Assembly: GCA_964016885.1 (NCBI GenBank)
Contig: OZ024741.1
Location: 101,370,001-101,434,000, forward strand
Source of the DNA: Eledone cirrhosa
Taxonomy: Eukaryota
Direction of reading: 5' to 3'
Length of the DNA: 64,000 nt
Part shown: positions 35,524-48,118 of the stretch, piece after piece
Layout of the letters: every line of letters begins with the position of its first letter
How positions within the stretch are numbered: the first letter of the stretch is position 1
Made by a program: the position numbers and the translations under genes
The notes under the pieces: generated by a model
Seen by the model: the letters and a program-made list of their open reading frames with translations, nothing else
The model's database searches: none
Told to the model about the DNA's origin: nothing

Positions 35524-38500
35524 GTCCCTGTTCCACGCTTGCATGGGTTTGGACGGGGGTTTTCCCACTTGAGGCAAGAGTGGTTGTCTTGCTCGCATAG
35601 GACTGTCTGGCAGGTTTTCTACAGCTGGATGCCCTTCCTAACACCAACCACATTTACAGTGTGAGGCTGGGACGTTTTTACCGTGTTGCCTACACGGCCA
35701 CATTACAGCGTGGACTGTGTGTTTTTTTGTCGTGACACCTACACGATCTCGTTTGTTTCGGCCTGGATGTTGTGGCACCAACATAACTTTGCATTGAAGG
35801 GGGCGGTGTGGATGGGGTGGGACGGGGGTGTATTTTGTTAGAGATGCCTACTGACTAGTAGGTTTTACTTTGTGTTTAGGTAAGGCGGGTCTTCTCTGTT
35901 ACTGAGTACCGCCAAAGGTCTCGGTCCAGTGACATTGTCTTGGAGAGGTGTAAGTGTGTGAGGTCGGAATTTATCAGCTCGTCCCAGGTTTTCCTGGGTC
36001 TGCCTACTCCGTGGCTACCATCTATCTTTATTGCCCTGCACTTTGTTATACAGCTGTCGTCTTTCATGCGCATCACGTGACCATACCAACGTAGCCTTCT
36101 CTCGAGTAAATAACATCTGATCCCTCTTATTTCTAATTTTTTCCTTAGTTCGTTTATGCTTTGCCGTTCACGTATATTACTATTACACATCCAGCGGAGC
36201 ATGCAAGCTTCGTTCCTCTCTAGTCTGCGTATATCCTCTGCACACAGTGCCCAGGTCTCACTGCCATGCAACATTGCTGTTCGTATGCAGGCATCATACA
36301 ACCTGCCTTTCATTTTTAGGGAGAACCCTTTAGCGGCTAATAGTGGTATAAGCTCTCTGAACTTTTTCCATCCAGTTCTGACTCTAGCTACTGTACTTTC
36401 AGAGCACCCTCCCCCACTGCTGATTTTGTCACCCAGGTAACGGAAGCTGTCCACTATTTCTATAGAACCCTCTGCGCAATTGAAAGAGCTAGTATTCTGT
36501 GGGCACTTGCTGCTACTTATTGCACCAGAGCACTGGCCACATGTAAAATCTGTGTTCTTAGTTAGCTTACCTGTGATCCCACTACATCTTTTATGCACCC
36601 ATACTTTGCATTTGGGACATAAAATGGAGTTTCTACCTACGCCTTTCCTACACACTGAGCATGCCATTTCCCGGAAGGGACCGGCGCCTTATTTTCTTTC
36701 CTACAAACTAGAACTTTAGTCTTAGCCAGGTTAATTTTAAGGCCTTTTGATTCTAGGCCATGCTTCCATGTTTGGAATTTCTTCTCTAGCTCGGCCATTG
36801 ATTCAGCTATGAGCGTTAGATCATCTGCGTATAGGAGTTCCCATGGGCAGCCGGTCTTGAACTCCTCTGTTATAGCCTGAAGGGCAATAATAAATAGTAG
36901 GGGGCTAAGAACAGAGGCCTGATGGACACCAACTTTTACGCTAAACTCTTCACTATATTCGTTGTTAATTCTAACCTTGCTGACTGTTTCTTTATACATG
37001 GCTTGTATGGCTCTCACAAGCCATTCGTCAACACCTAGTTTTCTAAGAGCCCACCAGATAATGGAACGGGGGACTCTGTCGAAGGCCTTCTCCAAGTCGA
37101 CAAAAGCTAAGTATAGGGGTTTACTTTTAGCTAGGTACTTCTCCTGTAGTTGTCGTACAATGAAAAGAGCGTCTGTGGTACTTTTGCCTGACACAAACCT
37201 GAACTGCATTTCATCTAGATCAATTCTCTCTCTGATTAGTTGCGCTATTACTTTTTCCGTGACCTTCATGACCAGGTCGATTAATTTAATGCCTCTATAG
37301 TTACTCCTATCTAGGGCGTCTCCTTTACCCTTGTAACAGTTAACGATGATGCTGCTACGCCAGTCCTTCGGAACAACCCCATTCTGTATGACTTGGTTTA
37401 CTATCCGGGTGACCATGGTGTGTCCCACCGTACCGGAGGCTTTCAGCATCTCAGCAACTATTTCCGAAGGCCCAGCCGCCTTACCCGTCTTCATATCTTT
37501 GATTGCCTTACTTATACTACATTCGACTAACACTGCTGGTCCCTCTATTGGATCGATGTGGGGGAGGCTGTCTTTCTCCCATTTATTCTCCTCATTTAGT
37601 AGCCTTTCGTAGTGACACTTCCAAGCTACCTTCTTATCAGCGTCAGTGATGGCAAGTACGCCATCATCGTTAAGTACACACTTCTCCCCGACAATATCAC
37701 GGTTTTCCTTGACACATTGCCTAGCAATCCTGAACACCTCACGTTTTTGGTCCTCGCGTTGTAGAACATGCTTGAACTTTCTTTCCTCTGCTTCCCTTCT
37801 TGCGAAGTACACTGGTCTCCTAGCTTCCCTCCTGGCCACTTGATAGTCTTCTCTACTTCCCCCATCCCGCCATGCTTTCCAAGCTTGCTTTTTGGCCTTG
37901 ATTGACCCCTCCACCTTACTGTTCCACCACCATGTTACTCTCCTCCTGCCTACAGGCCTGCTCCAGCCACAGACTTCGTCTGCCGCCATCAGCAGGTTTG
38001 CTTTCAGGAATTCCCACTGTTCCTCTACCTTGTACGACTCTAATTGCTCTTCCTTACTGTCGAAAGCATCAAGTAATATTCTTTTAAATTTATTTCTGGT
38101 TGTGGGGTCCTTTAGCTTCCATATTTTTCTCCTGAGGATAGTCCTCTTCTGCTGTCTAGTACGTCTCGTCCTGACTATGAGGTCGCTAATTATCCGTCTA
38201 TGTTGGGAGGTGCATTCTTCATGGGGGAGGGATTTAGTGTTTACAACAGACACTCTGTCACGTCTTCTGGTAAGGATATAATCTACCTGGCTGGTATGTT
38301 CTCCTGATCTGTAGGTGATCAAGTGATTGTCTCGTTTTTTGAAGTTAGTGTTACAGATAGTTAGGTTGTTCGCATCACAGAATTCCAGGATTCTGGAGCC
38401 TTCCTCGTTTCTAGTTCCAAACCCATAGCCTCCGTGGATTCCGTCATAGCCGTCACAATGTTGTCCAACGTGACCATTTAGGTCACCAGCAATAATTATA

Positions 38501-39340
38501 TAGTCACTGTTGGTTATTTGGGAGGTAGTGAGCATCAGTGTCTCATAGAATCTGTCTTTTATAGCGCCAGGCAGTCCGGATTGGGGCGCGTATGCAGATA
38601 TTACTGTCACAGTAGTTCTGTTTAGAACAAGTCTTATTTTAATTATTCTGTCATTCACTCTATTTACATCTATTATCTTATCCACCCATTTTTCTGCTAA
38701 CATGATTCCTACCCCACCTATCCCATTGTCATTCCCCACCTAGAAAAGCTTATAGCAGAGTTTTTTACCCACAATGAATCTAGCAGACCCGCCCCTCCAC
38801 CTGGTCTCTTGGATACAGCAAACATCAACCTCCTTACGTTCAAGCATTTCTACAACCTCGTTAGAGCGGTTTTTTAAGGTGCCTACGTTCATGGTACCAA
38901 CTCTGAAGTTTTGGATTGTGTTTGGAGGATGGGGCGCAGGGAGGGGTGGGGGGAATGAGTTTGGGGTCCGCGGCCGAAACAAAGAGGGGGGGGGGGCCTT
39001 GCCCCTTCGTCCGGCAGCATGAGGTGAATTTGTCGTTATCTTTGGCATTGTCATCGAGTGTCCAGATTCTTCAGACTCTCCAGAAATTCCTTAGTCCATC
39101 CATCATATCGAAAAGCAGCCAGTAGTGATAGCATAGGCCGTTGACTCGTGATTGGTGCAAATAGTAAAGGTGGAGAGTGGGGGTGGGAGGGAGTGATATG
39201 GGGTAGTTAGCAATGAGGGAGATTATTTAGAACCAGCGTGGAGAAGATTAATTTAAAGCAACAATAGCAACGATTGTAGATATATATGGATGAATGAACG
39301 AGGTTTTAAGGAGACAAGAAGAAAAAACATTATTTGCCAG
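35491..39340 (-). mobile_element. RTE family A near full-length copy with divergent 5' part
   Basis: ORFs 38740-39054, 36637-38739 and 35876-36667 (one stop, one frameshift), and a (GAT)n tail. The 5' boundary is approximate. Confidence 0.95.
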
Positions 39341-39546
39341 CTAAATTAACTATAGGGATATAAAATATACAGAAGCGAAAACCAATCCCAACTAAACAGT
39401 GAGTGTGTTTTATTATTATTTCTGGCAATGTTATAACAATATGACCCTCCCCAAATATAACAATATTTTGTTTCAACACACGATTTTATATTGAAAACCT
39501 TGCAAAATAAATTCATCGCCATATATATATATATATGTATATAAAG

Positions 39547-39878
39547 GGACATGGCTTAGTGGTTAGAGCATTGGCCTTGAAATCGAAAGGTTATGAGTTC
39601 AATTCTCAGACCGGGTGATGTGTTGTTTCCTTGAGCAAGACACTTTATTTCACATGGCTCCAGTTTGCTCAGCTGTAGAAATGAGATGATAGGGACTGGG
39701 GTCCATATCATTCTACTGCAAAGTGGTCGTGGAGGTGCCACGGAAAAAAAGCACCCAGCACTCACTGTACATGAGGTTGGTGTTAGGAAGGGCATCCAGC
39801 TGTAGAAATCAAGCCAGAATCAGTTCCCATCCCACCCTTTCAAGCAGTGAAAAGTGGACATAAAAGGATGATGATGAT
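39547..39878 (+). mobile_element. Full-length tRNA-derived SINE (CORE/Meta-like middle, RTE-derived 3' half)
   Basis: A/B boxes, TCCTTGAGCAAGACACTT core, GGTGTTAGGAAGGGCATCCAGC motif, RTE-C-type tail and (GAT)n. Confidence 0.9.
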
Positions 39879-39927
39879 ATATAAAAACAGTACTGTACAA
39901 GTCATTCAAAGAATCTATGTATTCTAG

Positions 39928-39982
39928 CAGTTTTCTATGTTAAACAAATGAGATACTGATTTGTTCAAATCGATTTGAATTG
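39928..39982 (+). CDS. Possible stop-containing host exon (QFSMLNK*)
   Basis: TTCTAG acceptor, starts with a Gln codon like the phase-0 exons, TGA at 39949-39951, GTGAGT donor. Confidence 0.35.
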
Positions 39983-40367
39983 GTGAGTACTTTAATGTTA
40001 TCCTATATTAAGCTGTTGAATCATTATTTTTTCTGTGCTCTCCTCCTTGGGACTGTTGCCTTACAACAATTTAACAGATGTATTTTATATATATATATAT
40101 GTTCGGAAAAGATTTTCTTGGTAAAAACAGGAGTAAGCAGGAGAAAGCTCTCAACAATCATTGTTTTTAGTTACGATGGAGAATTTTATAAAAATAACAA
40201 AATAAGATGCTGAGGTTACATATATTGTTTAATCATAATAATTATTTCCACGGTTCTCCATGCAATCGAGATGTTCTTCATGCATTTGCTGTTGATTATG
40301 AGAACGGTTTCCTCAGATGAAAATCGATATATTTGATATGTTGCTGGCAGGAAAACACACATCATAA

Positions 40368-40590
40368 TGCTGTAGAAATGAGATGATAGGGACTGGGGTC
40401 CATATCATTCTACTGCAAAGTGGTCGTGGAGGTGCCACGGAAAAAAAGCACCCAGCACTCACTGTAAATGAGGTTGGTGTTAGGAAGGGCATCCAGCTGT
40501 AGAAATCAAGCCAGAATCAGTTCTCATCCCACCCTTGCAAGCAGGGAAAAGCGGATGTAAAGTGATGTTGATGATGATGTTGATGATGAT
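40368..40590 (+). mobile_element. 5'-truncated copy of the same SINE
   Basis: Matches the 3' two-thirds of 39547-39878. Confidence 0.88.
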
Positions 40591-40663
40591 CACGATACAT
40601 TAATGGAGCCATAGACTCTTGTCGTTCCCTGTAAGTAATGTGCTCAAAGGAGAGGAAATCCTG

Positions 40664-40983
40664 AGCTCTTTAAAATACAATATATTGAAAAGGTAACGCA
40701 CTAGAGAGAGATACAGTGAGCTATTAATAAAACAGGGAAAAACCACCAGTGTATGGAATCTATAACCTATGAAAGGCAGAGTATAGGGACGATAATTAAA
40801 AATATAAATTAAAGCGTAAATAAATATATTTATGCTTTAATTTATATTTTTAATTATCGTCTCTATAGTCTGCCTTTCATAGGTTATAGATTCCACACAC
40901 TGGTGGTTTTTCCCTGTTTTATTGATAGCTCACTGTATCTCTCTACTGTGTTACCTTTTCAATATATTGTATTTTAAAGAGCT
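40664..40983. repeat. ~320-bp near-perfect palindrome with almost no spacer
   Basis: agctctttaaaatac...taaata|tattta...gtattttaaagagct, centred near 40824. Confidence 0.9.
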
Positions 40984-41002
40984 ATAACTATATAACTATA
41001 TA

Positions 41003-41084
41003 ACACACATAGAAATCCAAAGTGATCTGTTTCGCCAGTGAGTTGTTGACAGAAATGAAATAACCCCGGTTCATCAGCGTGTGT
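41003..41084 (-). ncRNA. Type I hammerhead ribozyme motif, slightly degenerate
   Basis: ACACACG-CTGATGA-stem II (CCGG../..CTGG)-GAAAC-AGATC/GATTT-CTA-TGTGTGT. Stems I and III pair. There are mismatches at 10.1/11.1 and 15.2/16.2. Confidence 0.65.
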
Positions 41085-41315
41085 AAGGCTATACATTTCA
41101 GACAACACTAAGAGAATTTTTAAAGCGACCGTCCAGCTACACGTGGGAGAGAGAAGTCGCAGCGTGTTTAAGGGCAGTGAATCAGTGGCCTCTGAGGGAC
41201 AAGCTGCTAGAAAGGGCAGCCCCAAAACCACTAAGAGAAGTGTGCACAACCAGAGAGTGAGGAAAGACTGTTATAAGGAGCAAAATATCACGATACATTA
41301 ACGGAGCCATAGACT

Positions 41316-41413
41316 ATGTATATATATATGTATATGTATATGTATATATGTATGTATATATGTATATATGTATATGTATATATATATATGTATATATACA
41401 TATATATATATAC

Positions 41414-41491
<78 letters not shown>

Positions 41492-41560
41492 GTATATATA
41501 TGTATATATATATGTATATATATATATATGTATATGTATATATATATATGTATATATATG
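41316..41560. repeat. (TA)n/(TATG)n microsatellite
   Basis: Direct inspection. Confidence 0.97.
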
Positions 41561-42119
41561 AAGAAGAAGTTTATGAAACGGAAATGCGGGTATAAAGAAT
41601 TTACTAAGTAACAATTGTTTCTATAGTGTGTGGGTTACCTATACCTCGCTATTTGTATAATATAAAAATATTATCATAAATCGTAGGTACACTGTAAGAG
41701 AACACACCATGTCGTCAGACCTTTATGGTAGAATGATAGGAGAATATTTTATACACTAGATATGTGAGAAAGTAGGAGGTAGGAAGGGAAGCGAGTAAGG
41801 GGGAGGTAGTCTTAGGATTCAAGACTGTCAGAGTAGAGATTATATAGAAGAAAATGTTTTGGCAGCAGTTAGCTAAATGAGGCGTGTTAGGGTTGGCGGG
41901 GGAAGTAAATTCTTCTAGTGGTGGTGTTTGGACAAAATTTAGTTAAAGGGGTCAATGTAGTACAGAATTATAGACAAGTTATTGGGGCTATTATAGTAGC
42001 AGGATATTTCTAAAGGGGTCTAAAAAACAGTGTTTAGTGCTATTATTATATAAAGCGATATCGTGTGTATAAACATATAAAAATATGAAATAAAAATAAT
42101 AAAAATTTGCAAATTGTGG

Positions 42120-42815
42120 TGTAAAAAGATAACATTACATGCATTTAATAAAAAGAAAAAGTCGTTTTTAAACGATGGTTACAGTAAAGTGAACGTTCAA
42201 TTTTGCTGTTCAAAAGTTTGTTTTCCGACGTTAAAATGCAGTATATCTCCATATTGCATAATTTACAAAATTGGTGATTTTGCTTATATGCTGGCGCAAT
42301 GAAATAATTTGCCAATCAAGGGAGAATGCTTGATTGTTCTTCCGAAGCTGCCAGGCTTTATCGGCGAGGGTTGTTACGGAGCGCATTTTGGTTTCGGCGA
42401 TGTTGGTTTCGGCGAGCTTTGAAAGATGTTGCGGTACATCCGACGTAATACCATTTGTTGGTTCCGGAATTTATTGTACATCGGTAGACAATATTGCGTG
42501 TTAGGCATGGGTTATTCAATGGGCACGAACCTGGTTTAGTGCAGTTACAGTTATTTTTATGTTTTGCAGTAGTATCCTGGATAGTTTGGTGGGGTTGTAG
42601 CTGCGTGTTAGTGCGTTGTATGTCGCTATGCTGGTGCGCTGTCTCATTAGGGATGTATTTATTTAGTATTGTTGAGTTGAGTTTTTTAATTAGTTGTTCT
42701 ATGTTAGGTGCAGTGGAGTATGAGAGTCTAATGGTGCGCTAGTTTAAGATTTTATAGTATTTATGTGAAGTTGTAAAGTGTTTATTAATCAGTGTATAGA
42801 ATTGTGAGATAATCT
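42120..42815 (-). mobile_element. Penelope-like element, GIY-YIG endonuclease region
   Basis: Manual translation LSYSTAPNI...CNCTKPGSCPLNNPCLTRNIVYRCTI...YYVGCTATSFKAR..H. Confidence 0.85.
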
Positions 42816-42844
42816 TTGATCAGTGTATAGAATTGTGAGATATC

Positions 42845-43345
42845 TTTGATATAGATGAATACTATTCCTCTATTTCACCTGAAACTCTGCATAAGGCCCT
42901 CTCATTCGCTAAGGTTAACTCGGACCTCACAAACGAGGATATTAATATTATACTTGAAGCTAGACGCACAGTAGTCCATTTTGAAAATAGTTATTGGGTC
43001 CGCAGGGATAGACCCTCGGAATTTGATATTACGATGGGTTCTAATGATTCGGCGGAAGTTACGGATTTGGTTGGAATCTATATAGCTCACAGACTCCAGA
43101 GCGAATTTATTGACCTCCACGGCGGAATCTACCGTGATGATGCACTCCTATTAGTCAAAAATATGAACAAACAAAACCTAGAAAGGCGACGTAAAAACAT
43201 TAGGAAACTTTTCTTAGAACTAGGACTTAGTATTACCTTCGAACACAATCTTAAAGTGGTCAATTTCTTGGATGTCACCTTCAACCTTAATAACGGTAAT
43301 ATAAAGCCATTTCACAAACTTAATGAAAATCTCAAATACGTTACT
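42845..43345 (+). mobile_element. Penelope-like element, RT region (inverted relative to its endonuclease)
   Basis: FDIDEYYSSI...FDITMGSNDSAEVTDLVG...GIYRDD...VNFLDVTFNL. Confidence 0.88.
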
Positions 43346-44179
43346 GCTACCCATCACGACTGTGGCAGTCAGCCGAAAGCCAGAGGGGATGGGAGGGTGT
43401 TAGTTTTTATAGGTCATAATACCTTTCACTAAGCGTTGACAGCAAGACTGACCATCAACTCATAAGGGAAAATAAACTTAATTCTAGGTACCATGGTTTT
43501 ACATTGGAAGTTAAGAGTGAGAGTTGGAAATAAAAATTAAAAATTAAAATCCTAAATCAAATATCAGAGATTATAAATTAAACAATTAAAAAAATTAAAA
43601 AATTCAAAATTCAAAAATTTTTAAAGTGATAATTCGGATTGAGTAAAAATATAGATTGAAGTGAGTAAATAATATGGAGAGAGATGTTTAAGTAATAAGT
43701 TCTGAGAGGGATTCTAGTGTCACAGTTACTCTATCCACATATTGAATGACAGTGCCGTACATTATAACGGAGGGCAAACTACAGGGTTCAAGGCATTAGT
43801 CAATCTGGTACAGTCATAATTTCCATCACATGGAACAAAATCAAAGAAAAACAGACATAAAGTACACAAAAGAAAAGAAAAGAACAGAACCAATAGTGAA
43901 TAAATGCAAAAACACAGAGTACATATATGCAAAATGATCCATATGATTGTCCATTTGTCCATGTATAGATTGAATTGAGGGGGCTTCTGTTCAAATGCGA
44001 TTTGGTGCAGGAAAATTGGGGTTTATCTTATTTTTTGTTTCCGCGTATTTATCCTGCCGAAAGTTACTATTATGCCCGTCCAGTGTCAGGGGTTTTCATC
44101 TCCATGGTAGAGGGAATTTCCGGGGTAGCTCTTGGTTGGTTCCTCTCTTCTCCACCATATCGGTTACATCATAGAGCGC

Positions 44180-44288
44180 TCAACTAATTGGAGCTAAATT
44201 ATTAGGGTAAACATTCAAGCACTCAACATATTTTTTCCACATAGGAGTGATGGAGTAAATATCGAATAATTTAGCTCCAATTAGTTGA
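44180..44288. repeat. Small fold-back with perfect 24-bp inverted arms
   Basis: tcaactaattggagctaaattatt / aataatttagctccaattagttga. Confidence 0.8.
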
Positions 44289-44332
<44 letters not shown>

Positions 44333-44365
44333 TGTATATATATTTATATATATATATGTATATAT

Positions 44366-47300
44366 GCTGTAAAATGGAGGGGTAGAGAGGGCCCTTGAGT
44401 CTAGTAAGACATCCTCTCTAGTGCTGGTGGCACAAATAAAAGCACCCAGTCCATGCTGTAAAGTGGCGCTGGTGTTAGGAAGGGCATCCAACCAGTGTAT
44501 CAATGCCAAAAAGCTTATCAGCACAGCAACAAAACAGCATAGAAAAAAATATGAAGACGTCGCATCTCAGAGTTGCAACACTTAATGTTGGCACTCTCAG
44601 AGGTAGATCTGCTGAAATAGCGGAGATGCTGGAGAGAAGGCAGGTGGATGTGTGCTGCGTGCAAGAGGTGAGATGGAGAGGTGCCTCTGCGAGACTAGTC
44701 GTAGGCAAGCGTCTTAGCTATAAGCTATTCTGGGTAGGTAAGGATGATGGGTTAGGGGGAGTAGGCATTTTCCTGGCTGAGAAATGGATCAATAAGACAA
44801 TAGAGGTAGTTCGAGTTAGTAATCGAATAATTAAGCTTAGATTAGTTGTAGGTAGGAGACTACTGACAATCATCTCGGTCTATGCTCCCCAAGCAGGCCT
44901 AGGCAAAGATGAGAAAGACTGCTTTTATGAGCAACTTTTGCAAACAACCACAATGAAAGAGGACGGAGACATCGTTATGCTAGCAGGAGACTTCAATGGT
45001 CATGTTGGACAGCTCCAGGATGGTTACACTGGGGTACATGGTGGGCATGGTTACGGTTCAAGAAATGAAGAAGGAGTGAGACTTCTTGAATTTTGTGATG
45101 CAAGTACATTGACTATTTGCAACACAAACTTCCAGAAACCTGCCAATCACCTAATAACCTACAAATCTGGTGAGCACATAAGCCAGATTGACTTCCTGCT
45201 AGTTAGGCAGCGGGACAGGCAGATAGTGTCTAATACCAAGGCATACCCTGGGGAAGAATGTACCCCACAGCATAGGTTAGTTGTTAGTGATATCTCAGTA
45301 AGCAAGAGATGGAATGAGCCATATAGGAAGGTGTGGAGAAGAAAGGTCTGGAAGCTAAAAGACCTTTCACTAAAATTCAAATTTAGGAAAGCCCTTCAAG
45401 ATGTATATGACGAAAAAGAAGACGATTTAGAGACGTATGACATAGATAATAACTGGAAGTTCTTACGTGACAACTTGCTGAAGGCTACTGATGAAACTTG
45501 TGGCTGGAGCAGAGCCCCAACCAGACAGAGAGTGACCTGGTGGTGGAACAGCAGTGTAGATAAGGCTATTAGAGACAAAAGACTAGCATGGAAGGCTTGG
45601 AATAAGGGTGGGAGTAGGGAAGAATATACAGCCACTAAGAGAGAAGCTAGACGTCAGGTGTACTTAGCACGCAGGGAGGCAGAGAGTAGGAGGTTTGCCA
45701 ATGTTCTGCGACGGGAAGATCAGAGGCGTGCGGTGTTCCACATTGCAAGGCAGTGTGTCAATGCAAATCAGGATGTTGTTGGTGATAAATGTGTCCGGGA
45801 TGATGCCGGTGTACTTAGTGTCACGAATGATCAGAAAAAGGAGGCCTGGAAATGTCATTATGAGAGGCTGATGAATGTGGAGAACAAATGGGAGAGAGAG
45901 AAATTACCCTTGGTAGATCCGACAGAGGGACCAGCTATTGAGATTGACGAATATAGGGTCCAAGAGGCGATTAGGGAAATGAAAAATGGTAAGGCGGCCG
46001 GACCATCGGGAATAGTTGCTGAGATGCTGAAGGCATCAGGGGACGTAGGCACTAAACTGGTTGCACGCATAATCAATCAGGCTATATATGGTGGTGTCAT
46101 ACCCAAAGACTGGTGCAGCAGTATTCTCATAAATTGCTACAAAGGTAAAGGGGATGCTTTGGAGAGGAGCAATTATAGGGGTATAAAACTGATAGATCAG
46201 GTTATGAAAGTGGCAGAAAGGATTTTAGCACAACTAATTAGAGAAAGGGTCAAACTAGATGAGATGCAGTTTGGTTTTGTGCCTGGGAAGAGTACAACAG
46301 ATGCCCTCTTCTTGGTGAGACAAATGCAAGAGAGGTTCTTAGAGAAGAATAAGCCACTATACTTGGCCTTTGTTGACCTAGAGAAGGCCTTTGATAGGGT
46401 ACCCCGATCTGTCATCTGGTGGTCCCTAAGGAAGCTGGGTGTTGAGGAATGGCTTGTAAGGACAGTGCAAACTTTGTACAGAAGTACTCTCAGTAAAGTC
46501 AGGGTAGGAATGGAGTTTAGTGAGGAATTCCAGATACAAGTAGGAGTACATCAGGGTTCGGTCCTCAGCCCGCTCTTGTTCATTATAGTCCTCCAAGCCA
46601 TAACAGAGGAGTTTAAGACTGGCTGTCCATGGGAACTTCTCTATGCTGACGATCTGGCTCTTATGGCAGAATCAGTAGAGGAGCTAGAGAATAAATTCCG
46701 GCTATGGAAACAGCAGTTGGAAGCAAGAGGACTGAGAGTAAATCTAGCTAAGACAAAAGTGTTGATGAGTAGAAAATAGGACAAAACCCTGATTCCGTCA
46801 GGGAAATGGCCATGTTCGATATGCAGAAAAGGAACTGGCATAAATTCTATAAAATGCACACAATGTAGGTCCTGGGTACACAAGAGATGTAGCGGGATAG
46901 CAGGCAAACTAACAGGTAGGGAGAAATATGTATGCAGTAGATGTACAGGGAAATTAGACAGTAGAAGTCGCACTGATAGACACATTTTTCAAATGCGAGA
47001 GGGCGCTATAGAAGTGGTGGATAGCTTCCGGTACCTAGGAGATCAGATTAGCATGGGAGGAGGGTGTTCCGAGGCCATAGTATCTAGAATAAGGACGGGT
47101 TGGAAGAAGTTTAGGGAGCTGCTTCCTCTGTTGACGAAGAAGGGTTTCTCCCTGCGTACGAAAGGCCGGTTGTATGATGCCTGTGTGAGGAGCGCGATGC
47201 TGCATGGTAGTGAGACATGGGCAGCTACCGCAGAAGATATGCGACGGCTGGAGAGAAATGAGGCAAGCATGCTCCGTTGGATGTGCAGTGTAAATGTGCG

Positions 47301-47620
47301 TGAACGACCCAGCATAAATGTGTTGAGAGAGAAACTGTGTCTGAGAGGGATAGAATGTAGTGTACGGGAGAGGAGACTGAGGTGGTATGGACATGTGATG
47401 CGCATGGAGGATGACCGATGGGTGAAGAAGTGCCAGGAAATGCCAGTTGAAGGAAGACGTAGTAGAGGTAGACCACGAAAAACATGGGCGGAGGTGGTGA
47501 GAACAGACCTCAGATCATTGAAGCTCACGGTGGAGATGACGAGGGACCGTGACGAGTGGAGAGATGCTGTGCTGAATAAGACCCGTCCCACCCTTGCAAG
47601 CAGGGAAAAGCGGACGTAAA

Positions 47621-47650
<30 letters not shown>
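44366..47650 (+). mobile_element. RTE family C, full-length, one premature stop
   Basis: ORF 44503-46779 continues in frame past a single TAG to 47619. Very short 3' UTR and a (GAT)n tail. Confidence 0.96.
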
Positions 47651-47652
<2 letters not shown>

Positions 47653-47721
47653 ATATATATGTGTATATATGTATATATATATATATGTATATATATTTAT
47701 ATATATATATGTATATATATG

Positions 47722-47752
<31 letters not shown>

Positions 47753-47889
47753 GTATATGTATATATATGTATATGTATGTATATATATATATGTATATGT
47801 ATATATATATATGTATATATATATATGTGTGTATATATATATATATGTATATGTATATATATGTATATATATATGTATATATATATATG

Positions 47890-47939
<50 letters not shown>

Positions 47940-47971
47940 TATATTATATATGTATATATATATTATATATG

Positions 47972-48037
<66 letters not shown>

Positions 48038-48053
48038 TATATATGTATATATG

Positions 48054-48118
<65 letters not shown>

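Noticed and set aside
39547-39620. tRNA gene
   Set aside because: The A/B boxes belong to a SINE head that continues into a repeat body. No convincing cloverleaf.
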